Shown here: piece after piece, positions 40,160-53,939 of the stretch
Position numbering within the stretch: position 1 is the first letter of the stretch
Layout: each line of letters begins with the position of its first letter
Assembly: GCA_964016885.1 (NCBI GenBank)
Contig: OZ024752.1
Coordinates: forward strand, 806,001-870,000
Reading direction: 5' to 3'
DNA: 64,000 nt
Source: Eledone cirrhosa
Lineage: Eukaryota
The notes under the pieces: model-generated
Told to the model about the DNA's origin: nothing
Database searches by the model: none
Seen by the model: the letters and a program-made list of their open reading frames with translations, nothing else
Translations under genes and position numbers: made by a program

Positions 40160-40922
40160 TTATGGAACGCGAAATAAAAGACTTCAAGAATTAAAGGAAA
40201 TTCTACTCGAAAGATAGTACCCACCATTACTAATAAATAATGGAATAGAAAGAGCTAAAGCAATAGCATTGATGAATTACGAAAACAGAAACAAATTCAA
40301 GGTACGTCCAATATTCTATCATATATCTCAACATACAACCCAAGAAATGCGGAAGTTTACAACATTATTCACAAGGACATCCCACTATTGAAACAAGACC
40401 CAAGAATGGAAAAAAGCCCTTGAAACACACCAAAATAATCAAAGCAATAGACAACCGAAATCACAAAAAAAACATTACTCACCAATGCCAAATTACCTAC
40501 CACAAACCCACAACCAACTGTCAAAAAATGTGGTTGCTCTAATTGTGGAACCTGCACTCACCTCATTGAAGGCAACACGTATACATTTCAATCAGGACAA
40601 AATTTTGCTCTAAAAATCACTTCACTTGCTCATCAAAACATCTAATTTATGACATTAAATGCAAAGGATGCAATGAATATTAATATAGGACAACTAAACT
40701 CACACTCAGAAACAGAATGACAATTCACCTCCACAATTACGAGACCCTACCACAAGACAGATACCACTCAGTGCATATCTAGACATATGCGCAAGTAATA
40801 AGACACCCGAATTCCAAATCTTCCCATTTTATCTTTGCGCTGACAATTCAACAGAACAAATACGAATAAATAAGGAAAATATGTTTATTCAAAAATATAG
40901 ACCAGCATTAAATATAGTTTAA
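40160..40922 (+). mobile_element. Penelope-like (Neptune-type) element 3' part: RT thumb, Cys linker and GIY-YIG endonuclease, pseudogenised
   Basis: Hand translation through frameshifts: YPPLLINNGIERAK...STYNP...RQPKS...KKCGCSNCGTCTH...FTCSSKHLIYDIKCKGCNEY...LRNRMTIH...ENMFIQKYRPALN*. Confidence 0.85.
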
Positions 40923-41278
40923 TATACATTATGTCAACACCATAACATGCTAACCATTCAAACAGACACATACACACACACATAACACCTTCTATTTTCG
41001 AAAATAAAAACCAGAGCTAAATAAACCTTAACATACGTTAATACTCTAACACCTTAACATGCTAACCACTCCCCCACACACACATAACTCCCTCCCCCAT
41101 TTCTACTAACGGAATCATTTTCCTACACCACACAGACACACACAAAATATATATATCTCTCCATCTTAACATGCTAACCATACTCCCACACACACATACA
41201 CACACACATATAACACCCATACTTACACACACACAACTCCCTCCTCCATTTTACTAATAGAATCATCTTCCTACACAC

Positions 41279-41351
<73 letters not shown>

Positions 41352-42140
41352 ACACACACACATCAGCACACAAGTAAATTGTACATATCTCTACTTTCTT
41401 TATTTCAATAGAAAGTCTGAATTTTGACACCCCAGCACACCAGCCCATATTCACTGAACCAGAACAATTCTCCCCATCCCATTTTTCTTGACCATTATCT
41501 TTTTGTTTGGCACGCACAAAATTCTCTAAATGGCTACAAAAAAATTCAAAAATACGGGCGCGAAATTTAATGTACTTGTTCACATGACAGTCTAATTTCA
41601 TTTATAAAAAGAAAAGCCTTCGTGAGCCACTTTTTACTAGGTAAAAAGAAATTCAAACACAAACTAGCGCGAAAGCTGATGTGCTTATTCACCTGACTGC
41701 ATCAACCAACCAAATTTCCCTCATATATGAAAAAACAATCCGAGTCCCCCCCCCCCCCTCCCCTTTTTTTTTTCTGATGAAGGGAAATATAATAAGAACT
41801 TTGTAACGCGAACTGGCGCGAAATTTATTATACTTATTCACATGACAGTCATCAACCAACCAAATTACTTCTCTAAAAACCTAGCATTTCAAGCCACCTT
41901 TTTCCATATAAAACAGAAGTAACATTCAAAGACCAACCAGATGTGAGAAAAACCACAAACCCTCCATCTCACTTCTACTTTTGAAAAGCACAAGAACTGC
42001 GAAACCGGTAGAGGAACCAAATAAATATATATTTTTTTTAAAAAGACTCTAGTTGCATTTTCGATTTCATCTTTTTTCCTTATACGTTCACTCGTGTAGG
42101 ACACCTCGGGTTTTTTTTAAATTTTGTAAAAAAACCTCAC

Positions 42141-42186
<46 letters not shown>

Positions 42187-42273
42187 GTGGGTGTGAGTTT
42201 AGGCAAACAGAGGCGTGTACATTCTATTGACCATGTGTGGAAATATGTATATGTGTACATCGGGGCGTGCGTA

Positions 42274-42362
<89 letters not shown>

Positions 42363-42459
42363 ATAGCCACTATATTCTCCATCAGCAACGCGAAAAAGTA
42401 ACTCCAATATAATGTTATGCACAACCCAAACAACTTTCTGAAGTGCTCCTTCCAGAGGG

Positions 42460-42950
42460 CCTTGTCAGATGAGATCGTCTCCAATTGATCCAGCCGGATC
42501 GCCAGCCTGAACAGCTCATGGATGTTATCCAACCATCTTGCTCGTGGTCTTCTCTTGGGTCTCTTGCCCGTAAAATCTGTCCAGCAATTCTTTTGTGAGG
42601 CAATCTAAATACATACCCGTAATATCGGAGCTGTCATCTAGTGGCTCTACCTGGAGTGACTCTCTCATCTCCGAGCTACACAATCTATCGAGTAACTTTA
42701 CCCCCAAAACCCTTCGAAGAAACCCATTTCGGCCGCTTGTATTCGTGATCGTATTCTTTTGGTCATTACCCAAGTTTCATAACCAAAGGTAAAGGTTGGC
42801 ACGAATACCGAATTGAAGATAGCGAGTTTGGCTTTTTCCACCGAATACTGAAGCTGCACCACCTCTGGCAATTAATTCAGCCTACTGTTTTCCATCACTT
42901 GTGAACACGACTCCGAGAAACTTGAACTCCACTCACATGTAGAGCGCACT
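42460..42950 (-). mobile_element. RTE LINE 3' fragment (family also at ~11065-11330, 13290-13440(+), 47310-47840, 54910-55550, 60265-60500)
   Basis: FLRRVLGVKLLDR; the 60265-60500 copy reads YYGHVVRM...GRRPKGRRRAKWLD. Confidence 0.8.
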
Positions 42951-42965
42951 CTATGTACAATGAAC

Positions 42966-43106
<141 letters not shown>

Positions 43107-44316
43107 CTATATATAACTTTGATAGGTTTTGGCCAGTATTGGCCCAGGCCATGTCTATTTCCTGTATTCATGCTTAACTATATATACACACCCATCTCTT
43201 CCGAACCACTTCAGTTTCATAAGTGCTTTGTGTATGAAACACTAGATTCTTGAGTCACTGGTGTAGTGTCACGGCTGTAATAACACACATACACACAATT
43301 TAGCTTGTTGCTATGACACGGGATTATATAGAGAGAAATAATATTTAGTGTGTAATTTTTTTCTGTATGGGAGTCAGGTGTTTTGTGGTGAAATACATCA
43401 AGTCAAGGATGCAAACGACAGGAAGTGTTAGAAACACTGACAGAGATGACTTCTCGCTTAGTTCTGAACATTTATAGTCAAGGAGTGAGGAGAAATTTGA
43501 AGGTGTGTGTGTGTGTGTGTGTGTGTGTAATAATAACTGTTTCTACGTTTGGCCCAAGGCCAACAATTATACCAGTGCATTACTGGTACTTTATTTTATC
43601 GACCCTGTAAGGATGAAAGGCAAAGTTAACCTCGGCGGGATTTGAACTTAGATCATAAAGGGCCGTAACTCTATGCTGCAAAGCATGGCGTCCGACCCTC
43701 TACCGATACTGCCTATTCACCGCCTTGTGTGTATAATAATAATAATAATAATTGCAAATCAAGTTTAGCTGTAGTACAGCAAGTACTATTCGATTTGTTT
43801 GAGGTAATCACAAAGCACTCAATGGATCCAAAGTTAAAAAGCAACATTAAGTTCAGAGTTAACACCATAGTTATATATATAACACATAGTTATACACCAT
43901 ATATATATATATATCGTAATTTTTTTGTATGTATAGTTGGTGCCTTCGGTTGGTTTTCTTGGTGTCACACTTTATAACTATGGTGTTAACTCTGAACTTA
44001 ATGTTGCTTTTTAACTTTGGATCCATTGAGTGCTTTGTGATTACCTCAAACAAATCGAATAGTACTTGCTGTACTACAGCTAAACTTGATTTACAATTAT
44101 TATTATTATTATTATTATTATACACACAAGGCGGTGAATAGGCAGTATCGGTAGAGGGTCGGACGCCATGCTTTGCAGCATAGAGTTACGGCCCTTTATG
44201 ATCTAAGTTCAAATCCCGCCGAGGTTAACTTTGCCTTTCATCCTTACAGGGTCGATAAAATAAAGTACCAGTAATGGTATAATTGTTGGCCTTGGGCCAA
44301 ACGTAGAAACAGTTAT

Positions 44317-44386
<70 letters not shown>

Positions 44387-44393
44387 TCAAATT

Positions 44394-44430
<37 letters not shown>

Positions 44431-44481
44431 AGAATACTTTCGAAACAGCGAGTCGGTTTGAAATTATTAGAAATGTAAGCC

Positions 44482-44675
44482 ATCGCCGTATTTTGACTAA
44501 AGAAATTAAAGAAATTATTTAGCCTGATAGTGGGGTTAAGAACCCTCGGAGAAATGGAAAAAGATGAGTATTGACGTACATGTACGTCAATACTCATCTT
44601 TTTCCATTTCTCCGAGGGTTCTTAACCCCACTATCAGGCTAAATAATTTCTTTAATTTCTTTAGTCAAAATACGG

Positions 44676-44679
<4 letters not shown>
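44482..44679. repeat. Perfect spacerless palindrome with 99-bp arms
   Basis: Centre GTACA|TGTAC at 44580/44581; the ORF track shows the same peptide on both strands. Confidence 0.95.
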
Positions 44680-44732
<53 letters not shown>

Positions 44733-44836
44733 TTTTTGTTTCTACTTTAGGCACAAGGCCAGCAATTACCCAGTACATTACTGGTACTTTATTTTATCGA
44801 CCCCGTATGGATGAAAAGCAAAGTTAACCTCGGCGT

Positions 44837-45365
44837 ATGATGACGAATTACCCTCTTCCCTTACGAAGGTAAATCCCTCATCTGGGACACGACATGCTGT
44901 GACACGTTCTCCGCCTCCAACATTGTCGCCTCGCCTACAAACGAGTACCGCGGCCCACAATGTAGAGGACAAGGAGACTAGCAAATACCGGGGCTTGTCC
45001 GGCCGCTTCTTCTATGCACCGGTCGTTGTCGAGACCTCAGGTGTCATCGGACAGCTGAGTTCCATAAAAGCAGCCCGTCTGAGGAAGGAACCCCGCGAGG
45101 TGAGATGGTTGTTGCAGCGGGTTTCGCTGGTCATTGCCAGTGGAGATGCCGAAGACATTTTGTCCACGGGGCGCAGCCGAAACACGGCTCTGATCTTGGT
45201 GAAGAGTCTCTCGCCCTCTCCCCTTCCTTCTTTCTTTCTTCCTTTGTTTAGTATTCCTCGCTCTTTCCATCCTTTTCCTCTCATTTATGGTATTTATAGT
45301 ACTTTTCAAAGTTGCTTTCTTTTTCTGCATGTTTGACCAATTTATAATTAAAATAAATAAATAAT
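44837..45365 (+). mobile_element. CRE-like RLE retrotransposon 3' end abutting a truncated SINE
   Basis: ITLFPY...IWDTTC...KETSKYRGL...APVVVETSGVIG...WLLQRVSLVIASGDA; (TAAA)n tail. Confidence 0.7.
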
Positions 45366-47992
45366 TTCGTCATTGTATATAATTATGTTGGAAGATTTTC
45401 ATTTAAAGAGAAACCCTTAAAATTAGTAATGTTCTTCCATAGGACCAGCGGCGGTTTTGGACGGGTTGTCATCAAAAGTGTTAAGGGATGCAGGCTGTGA
45501 ATTTTCAGAAAGATTTTCAGTATTTCTTTCTTTTTTCTGTTATTTCATTTTTTTTTTATTGCACGTTTTAAATGGAAATGGACGATCAACACAAGTAGCT
45601 TAGAAACTTAAAAACGTATGATACTTTTGATGTCGGTATTGGTGCTGTTATCATTCATGTCAGCCGTGATATTTAAAGCCATATAGTGAAAAGTACTTTC
45701 AAGTAATCCGGTCTGAATAACGTCAGGTTTTTAAGTAAAGGCTGTTTCTTATATTTATAATAGAAACATAAAGCAGTTCGGTCGTCGTAATTGAAGACGA
45801 AAACATTCAGACTTCTACGCATGCACGTCTTGTTGTTGGCGTTATTAGAATATATAAAATGTAAACTATTCCTATTTTGAAACTTCCTTGAACATAATAT
45901 ATTTAGTTGTTCTATCTACCTCTGATATAAATATATTCAAATGTAAATACCACTAAAGACAATGTATAGTTGAGTATATAAGAATACTAACTTTGGTAAA
46001 TATAATTGTTTCTACTTTTGGCACAAGGCCAGCAATTACCCAGTACATTACTGGTACTTTATTTTATCGACTCCGTAAGGATGAAAGGCAAAGTTAACCT
46101 CGGTGGGATTTGAACTCAGACCGTAAAGAGACGTAACTATGCTGGAAAGCATGGCGTCCGACTCTACCGATATTGCCAATCCACCGCCCCTTTGGTAAAT
46201 ATAATGCAAGTCATATATTTTGCTCTTGTGATATATTTCTCTTCATTGATATGGCTAATTTAAATGTAGACTGTTTTTTTTTTTTGTGGGTATAAACGAA
46301 AACGCGTCGCCATCAGAAGAAAACAGAAAGGGAGATGCAGATGACGAAAGAAAAGGGTCCTTAACACTTAATGGAGTCGTAGGATCACTATCGTAAGTTA
46401 CGGCGTTCTTGGGCATTTTTAATCCTGGCAGAATAGCAGAGACCTTTTCTTTCCGGGTTGGATAGTTTTTGCATATATTAGAACATTCCAGAAAGTTTAG
46501 TAACAACGTAACAGCTATTTTTGGGAAAAAAACAACAAATTCTTACCTAAGCCAGTTATAGTACATGACCGAGATGATTGAAGATAAATTCAGTAGAATA
46601 TTGGGATTAAATATGACTTGACCTCCACCTGGAAATTGGTTTTTACATCTCCATATGGTTTTCTAAAGAAATTCTGGTGACTTGCGTCATTTGCGACAAT
46701 TATTAAATTCTCACTATACATTTTTATTCTGACTAAAGAGAGTAAATGTATTTTAGAAGTAGTTCTCAATTGAACTAACAACCAAATATCAGTTGGATCG
46801 AGTGACTTTTCTAAAGCTGCCATCTCAACATTCAACAGCATTGCATAACATCTGAGAACTGTTTAAATATTTACATAATTATGGTATTTCTGATGAACAC
46901 GGGAATGTGTTGGTGCGGCTTGTTTTCCTTGTTGATCAACATTTACTTCTACCAACGGAAACGAAAACTGAATTTATTCTTGATTATTTATTCCTACGTG
47001 CTTAAGGATGCTTCGAGAAATTTTGAAATTCATTAATTTCTAACAACATTGACTGCAGAAATTGAATCATCCCTACAAAAACAATAACAGCAACAACAAC
47101 AAAACATTTCCGTCGTTATCAAGAAAGCAGAGTATTCTATGTACTAACTGATCATAACCACTTAACCACTACCCATTCCATTTCATTTGAAATCAGATAA
47201 ACATCTAAATGTAACCGAATTTCATATATCAGTGCGCAATTGATATTAAAGTACAACTTTCGCAGCTTCAGACAATCATTTTTGAAATGTATCTGAGAAA
47301 CTAAATTATTCTTCGCCCACTTGTTCCTGAGAGGGTATAAAGGCTGAGTCCTCAAACACTCCTCCCAGCGGGTCCTGTTAGAAGCAACCGTCTCTTATTT
47401 CTCTGGCTGGATCCCTAAGCGAGATCAACCGAGCTCATGGATGTTATCCAATCATCTTGTTCGGAGTTTACCTCTGGGTCACCTACCGGCTGGTTTTGTC
47501 TGTAAAATCTATTCAGCGATTCTTTCTTTCCAGAGACATTCTAACCACATGCCCATAGTATCGGAGCTGTGATCTCTCTATTCGCAGAAGTAGTGGCTCT
47601 ATCTGGAGTGACGCTGATCTCCCAGCTACGCATTCTATCGAGTAACGTTGCACCGAACACCCTTCAGAGGAACCCTATTACGACCGCTTGTATTCACGAT
47701 CGTATTCTTTCAGTAATTACTCAATATTCATCACCATAGGTAAAGGTAGGCACGAATACCGAATTGAAGATAGCGAGCTTGGCTTTTACATCTACCTCCG
47801 TTCTTCTGATTATCAAATGTCGAGCTGGCGCATTACTTCACTTGTATTTTACTGTACAAAATATATATTTTTATAAAATTGTTTTGTTTTGCTTTGCATA
47901 TTCTACCATTCATTTGATACTCAATTTATCATGCTTACTGATAATATTTTTCAAATGTTCTATATTTATTGCATTGTTTATACCGTGGAATC

Positions 47993-48423
47993 AGACACCT
48001 CCAAGTAATAATTCAACCAATTTTGCTATATGGACGCTTTCATCCAAACAACAAAAGCACCTTGATGACACTTACACTCGCCTGCTTCAACGGATTCAGA
48101 ACATAAGCTGGTGACATCTGACTTTGAGAGAGATATATGCCGGCCTCCCACGCATATCTGTCGTTGTGCGTAAAAGGAGAGTAAGATTTGCTGGCCACTG
48201 CCATCATGCCACCTTATGAGGCTGTGTCCCCATTAGTGCTTTGGAAACCACAAGCAGTCACTAATAACAATGGGCACAAGCTATCCTATCTCGATGTCAT
48301 CTCCGGAGATTCTGGTATTGAAATCCAGGACTTGGCAACGGCAATGAACGACAGACCCAAGTGGAGATCAATTGTTGAGTCCATTTCAGCTGAGGCCGCT
48401 GGATGATGATGATGATGATGATG
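47993..48423 (+). mobile_element. RTE-like LINE 3' fragment with a 10-bp TSD, inserted in the end of a pogo/Tigger-like MITE
   Basis: TSD CCGTGGAATC (47983) / CCATGGAATC (48424); LDDTYTRLLQRIQNISW...FAGHC; (GAT)n tail. Confidence 0.75.
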
Positions 48424-48796
48424 CCATGGAATCTCAGTTCACGAACTTAATTTGTTCCTAAAGGCCGTTTGTCACCCGAAATGTTCATAAAATGAAACTA
48501 TTTATCACATACGAAATGTTGAGAGAAATTCAGTGAGAGAGATACTTTGTGTCAAAGACAGATAGATATCACCATAGTAACTAACGGCACAGAAAATGTA
48601 GCGTCCTTCTGCAGCACTGGATTCTTTGTTCCTTGTCAGGTCTGAGAGTCCAACTCTCCATACAAGAGGATCGAAGGTACCAAGGACTCGTATAGTTTGA
48701 GCCTCGTTGGAAAACAGTCACTTTTTCATGTGACATCCAACTTTACCTCTATACTGTGTTATTTACATATACTTCGGCTGCTGAGCCAACCCTTTG

Positions 48797-48915
<119 letters not shown>

Positions 48916-50517
48916 AAATTTCGCTCTACATGGCTGAATACAATAAATGTAATCTGAGATTAATATTCGATTCGTTTGCAATTATGCAAACAACCCTCAA
49001 TTTTATAGCCATGTCAGTAGTTCTGTTCGCATGCCAACATAAGAGCAAGAATGAAATGTTCATTCTACTGACATGGCTATAAAATTGAGGCTTGTTTGCA
49101 TAATTGCAAACGAATCGAATGTTATTAAAATTCGAAAAACTCAGATTACATTTATTATATGTATATATATATATTCTTTCATTTTGTGAAATCAAATAAA
49201 ACTAGGTTCTGGCGAAAAGTGCCTTGTTTTTTTATAGCATTTATGGGTATAGTGCTAGGCATTGTGTCACAAAATTGTTGTGGGTTTTCCTTGTATTGAC
49301 TGGTTCACATTTTTCACAGAGAGAGGGTGTGCTTCAAAAGCTTTCAAACTGGATTGAGAAAATTTAATGTTGACTAAGCTGAGGAAATTCAACATTAATG
49401 CAAATATTATCTGGTAGATGTAATTAGCAGGGAAAACCAACCTTCACTGGCATTTAATATTTACAAACATGTAATGTAAAGGGGTGATTATTTTTGAATA
49501 GTGCTCATTAATTTTACCCTTCCTTTTAGAATGGTGACATCACGCAGTTTATGTTAATTTAAAATCTTGCAGTTTGATGCATATAGAAAAAACATAGTGA
49601 AATGTGTGGTGTGCTTTTATGAATCATAAGTTTGTAAGGGCGCCACTTGAAGAGACCGTCTACAAGTGGTGTATTCAATAAAAGCCATGCAGGTGGGACA
49701 TTTCCTCCTCTAAGATATTCTTATGGGAACATATGAACTCTAAGCTAATAACACGTTCGTTAAATACGCTGGGTACTGACTAAAAAATTGTTAACTCACC
49801 ACAGTCCCTACTTACAGCTAAGAGGAGTGAAGTATTTTGGCAATGAATACAGCATATCACCGCCAATAAAATACATATGAATAAGTCTTTCCTTTCAAAA
49901 CCATCAATCTATTCACTTCAATATCCCCAACTTCTTCTCTAAACATTGTATTAGATATGTATCGAATCATAACCTATTATGGAGTCATGCGGGGACCGTA
50001 GTATGTTTTAGAAATGTTAAAACCTGACTAAGCCTGTTACCTCTTCAGGTGTGAACGCAGCTCATTTCTTCCAGAGAAGTTGAGAGGGTGATAGAGAGGA
50101 ATTTGAGGAACGGATATAGAGGAAGAATCACCTCCAGTGTTTATTTTATCGACTACAAAAGGATGAAAGGTAAAGTTGACCTCGGTGGGTTTTGATCTCA
50201 GAGAGTAGAGAGCCGAAACGAATACCACAAAGCATTCTATCCCAAAAATTAGTATACACAGCTAACCCCCAATTTTACATATTAAAGTCAGCTTCGTGCA
50301 AGTAATTGGAATTGCCCCGGCTCTGTTCATTAACGCCAGAAAATAGCTGCTCACGAATCACACTCTAACGTTTTAGAAAGAAAAAAAAAATGAGATAATG
50401 TATAATGTAGTCTTGGGTTGACAGTGCTTTTGAAAAAAGATGCGATGGCCACGACTTGGGATGTCTTTAAACATAGGTCTGTTTGAACAGAGCTAACATA
50501 TATGGAGAAACGAAGTA

Positions 50518-50846
50518 CAGTGGAACCTTGGTTCACGAATGCCTGTCGTCACGAACAAATCGATTCATGAACAATTTTTTCTCCCAAACATAAAACGTCG
50601 TGTTTCACGAACCGTGTCTCGAGTAAGCCGGCAACAATGGTTGACAACAAGCTCAGAGTACCGGCGGGAAAGGGTGTTTTGTTGTGTAGTTAGTTATTAT
50701 GGTGATATCTATCTGTCTTTCACACACAGTATATCTCTACTGCATTTCTCAACATTTCATATTAAAAATAATTTCGGCTTACGAACATTTCGGATAACGA
50801 ACGGCCTTCAGAAACGAATTAAGTTCGTGAGCCGAAGTTCCACGGT
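50518..50846. mobile_element. pogo/Tigger-like MITE (partial inverted copy at ~48424-48610)
   Basis: TA-flanked TIRs CAGTGGAACCTTGGTTCACGAA / TTCGTGAGCCGAAGTTCCACGG. Confidence 0.75.
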
Positions 50847-51702
50847 ATGTCTGATCAGAACTAACATGTACAAAACAAAATAAAGCAGGTTATCCAAGGG
50901 AAACAACATTTACGGAAAAAATGGTTATGAATGAAAGTAACTTCCCTTGATATAACTCGAATAATATAATTATATTTCTTTAATATGATATAAAAGCAAT
51001 TTTCAGTTGAGTAGAGTTTATATTTATGGAAAGCATAACCCAGTCTATTACAGGTACTTATGTTACTTATCTCATCTAGGTAGTAAATTCAACCCTAAAC
51101 CACAGTATAATGAATTTCTTTTTCTTGGCATGTATGTGTGTGTGTGTTAGAATCTTCCTTCCAGAAATAACTTCTGGAAAGAAAAGGCAATGTGTGACAT
51201 CCGAACGAGTATCTTCCACTGCCAACTAACTTACTCTCTGCCTCTGAGTCTCGGTCGACAGGATGGAGAATACATTGTCCATGGAGGACGGAGAAGGAGA
51301 CACGCTGGAGTTATGAGCTATAAAACAATTTAGAGATATACACCCCACAGCACCCGTAATGCATAAACTGTCTCCCTGGTAGTATCCAACTTAAAAAAAT
51401 ATCATTTACACAATTCTCAGAACTTATACCAGAGTTTCAAACATTATATATGACTGGCAGTATCGGTAGAAGGTCGGACGCCATGCTTTGACGCATAGAG
51501 TTACGGTCCTTTACGATCTGAGTTCAAATCCCGCCAAGGTTAACTTTGCCTTTCATCCTTACGAGGTCTATAAAATAAAGTACCAGTAATGTACTGGGTA
51601 ATTGCTGGCCTTGTGCCAAAAGTAGAAACAATTACACACACACACATGTGTATATATATGTACATAGGTGTCTCTGTGTGTTTATATGTATGTATATATG
51701 TG

Positions 51703-51749
<47 letters not shown>

Positions 51750-51850
51750 ATATGTATGTATATGTATATATATCCTCCCCACTCTCAAGAGCGTGAGCCT
51801 AATAAACCTTTGTTTGTACTGCCTCTCTGTTTTTGTTCCCGTCCAACTTT

Positions 51851-51889
<39 letters not shown>

Positions 51890-52024
51890 AAATGTGTGAG
51901 ATCCTTGGTACAGTTAGGTATATTTGAAGAAAAAAGGAAAAGAATGACTTCACTTGTAGTGTTAAAAATGTTTTTGATTTCATTATATACATAAATTTCA
52001 ATATTATTCTGTTGGTAGATCCAG

Positions 52025-52075
<51 letters not shown>

Positions 52076-52114
52076 GGAACGAGTAGGACCCTGACGGCTA
52101 ATTCTGGACTGTTT

Positions 52115-52154
<40 letters not shown>

Positions 52155-52513
52155 TCCAGAATTAGCCGTCGAAACGGCTTGAGCTCAGCCGTCAGGGTCC
52201 TACTCGTACCTATTACCCACTCTACTACCCTAAGTATTGAGTACTTTGGTGCGTTATGGTCCATCTGGTTCCTGACCACATTTCCTTCGTTATATATATA
52301 TATATATATATATATACATACACACGCTTAGATAATGCGTATGTATATACATTCAGAAGAAGTGCCTATATGTGTGTATACGTGTATGAATTTATATAGA
52401 CTTTTATTTGACATAGCTGTTGAAGGGTTAGCAGAGCCAGAGCTAAGTATATTTACATTTCCTTGTGAGTCATTCTTTTGTGGGTATATGTGACTGTATA
52501 TGAATGTATTTAT

Positions 52514-52601
<88 letters not shown>

Positions 52602-52681
52602 CACACACATATGTATGTATATGTATATATACACATGTATGTATATATATATACACATTTATGTATATATATGCATGTATG

Positions 52682-52749
<68 letters not shown>

Positions 52750-52802
52750 CATATATGTATATACACATACATGTATATATATATACATACATATATATAT
52801 AT

Positions 52803-52865
<63 letters not shown>

Positions 52866-52961
52866 CATGCATATATACATACATACATGCATATATATAC
52901 ATAAATGTGTATATATATATACATACATGTGTATATATACATATACATACATATGTGTGTG

Positions 52962-53017
<56 letters not shown>

Positions 53018-53869
53018 GCATGCATGTATGTATATATATATATACATATATATTTATATATATATACATACATGTATGTATATATATATTTTATAATTAG
53101 TATGTTTAGGTCATTAAAGTGAGAAATATACTTGAGTAGACCTACTTCAGTACAGTAGCATAGGATGGACAAAGAGACTGACAGAAATGTGGATAATAAT
53201 ATGATAAAGAGTTAGAGGATGAGGATGGGGAGAGAGAGAAAGGATGAGGATGAGAGAAAGGAGGAGGAGGCAATAGAGAGTGTTTAATATGAGTGCAGTC
53301 GGAAGGAATGCATCCTGCGTGAGGAAGGGGCCTCCCCCCAACCCGTGAGGAGGAATGTCTGGTGTAGTGGGTGCTGATCGCTGTTGTCAGCGGCAATGAG
53401 TTCGATGTTTTGTCAGTAGGGTGCAGCTGAAATATATCACCTTAGCAGGGGTTTAGTCAGTAAGTTCCCCCAGCCTTTCCCTTACTTTTACTATTTAATT
53501 TTTTCTTTCTTTTTCCTTTTTTTATGGCGCAAACCTTGAATTGTGAATTTCTTTCTTTTATTTTGAAATTGAAATCAAAAGAGATGCTTCGCCGTAAAAT
53601 TTTAACTAAATAATTGTTTCTACTTTTGGCACAAGGCCAGCAATAAGCGAGTACATTACTGGTACTTTATTTTATCGAGTCCGTAAGGATGAAAGGCAAA
53701 GTTAACCACGGCGGGATTTTAACTCAGTTCGTAAAGGGACATAACTGTGCTGCAAAGCATGGTGTCCGACCCGCTACAAATACTGCCAATCCACCACCAA
53801 ATTTTAACTAAATAATGTAGCCTAATAATGGGGCCTATAAACCCACTGAACGGAAAAAGATAGGTAATA

Positions 53870-53939
53870 GCACATATGGGAGTCGAACCCACACCTCTCG
53901 TTTGCTGGACGAGTACGCTACCATTACGATAATGAACCC
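53870..53939 (-). pseudogene. tRNA-like sequence (Ala-AGC-like anticodon arm), probably a SINE head
   Basis: D-loop TAATGGTAG, anticodon stem CTCGT/ACGAG with loop CCAGCAA, T-arm GTGGGTTCGACTCCCAT; acceptor stem does not pair. Confidence 0.6.

Noticed and set aside
46889-46915. CTGATGA followed by a small ACAC/GTGT stem (similar isolated hits at 2641, 16730, 24319, 41774)
   Set aside because: No correctly placed GAAA...UH with closing stems, so not counted as hammerheads.
53870-53939. Functional tRNA-Ala gene
   Set aside because: The acceptor stem cannot pair and the sequence continues into a repeated body; treated as a SINE head or pseudogene.
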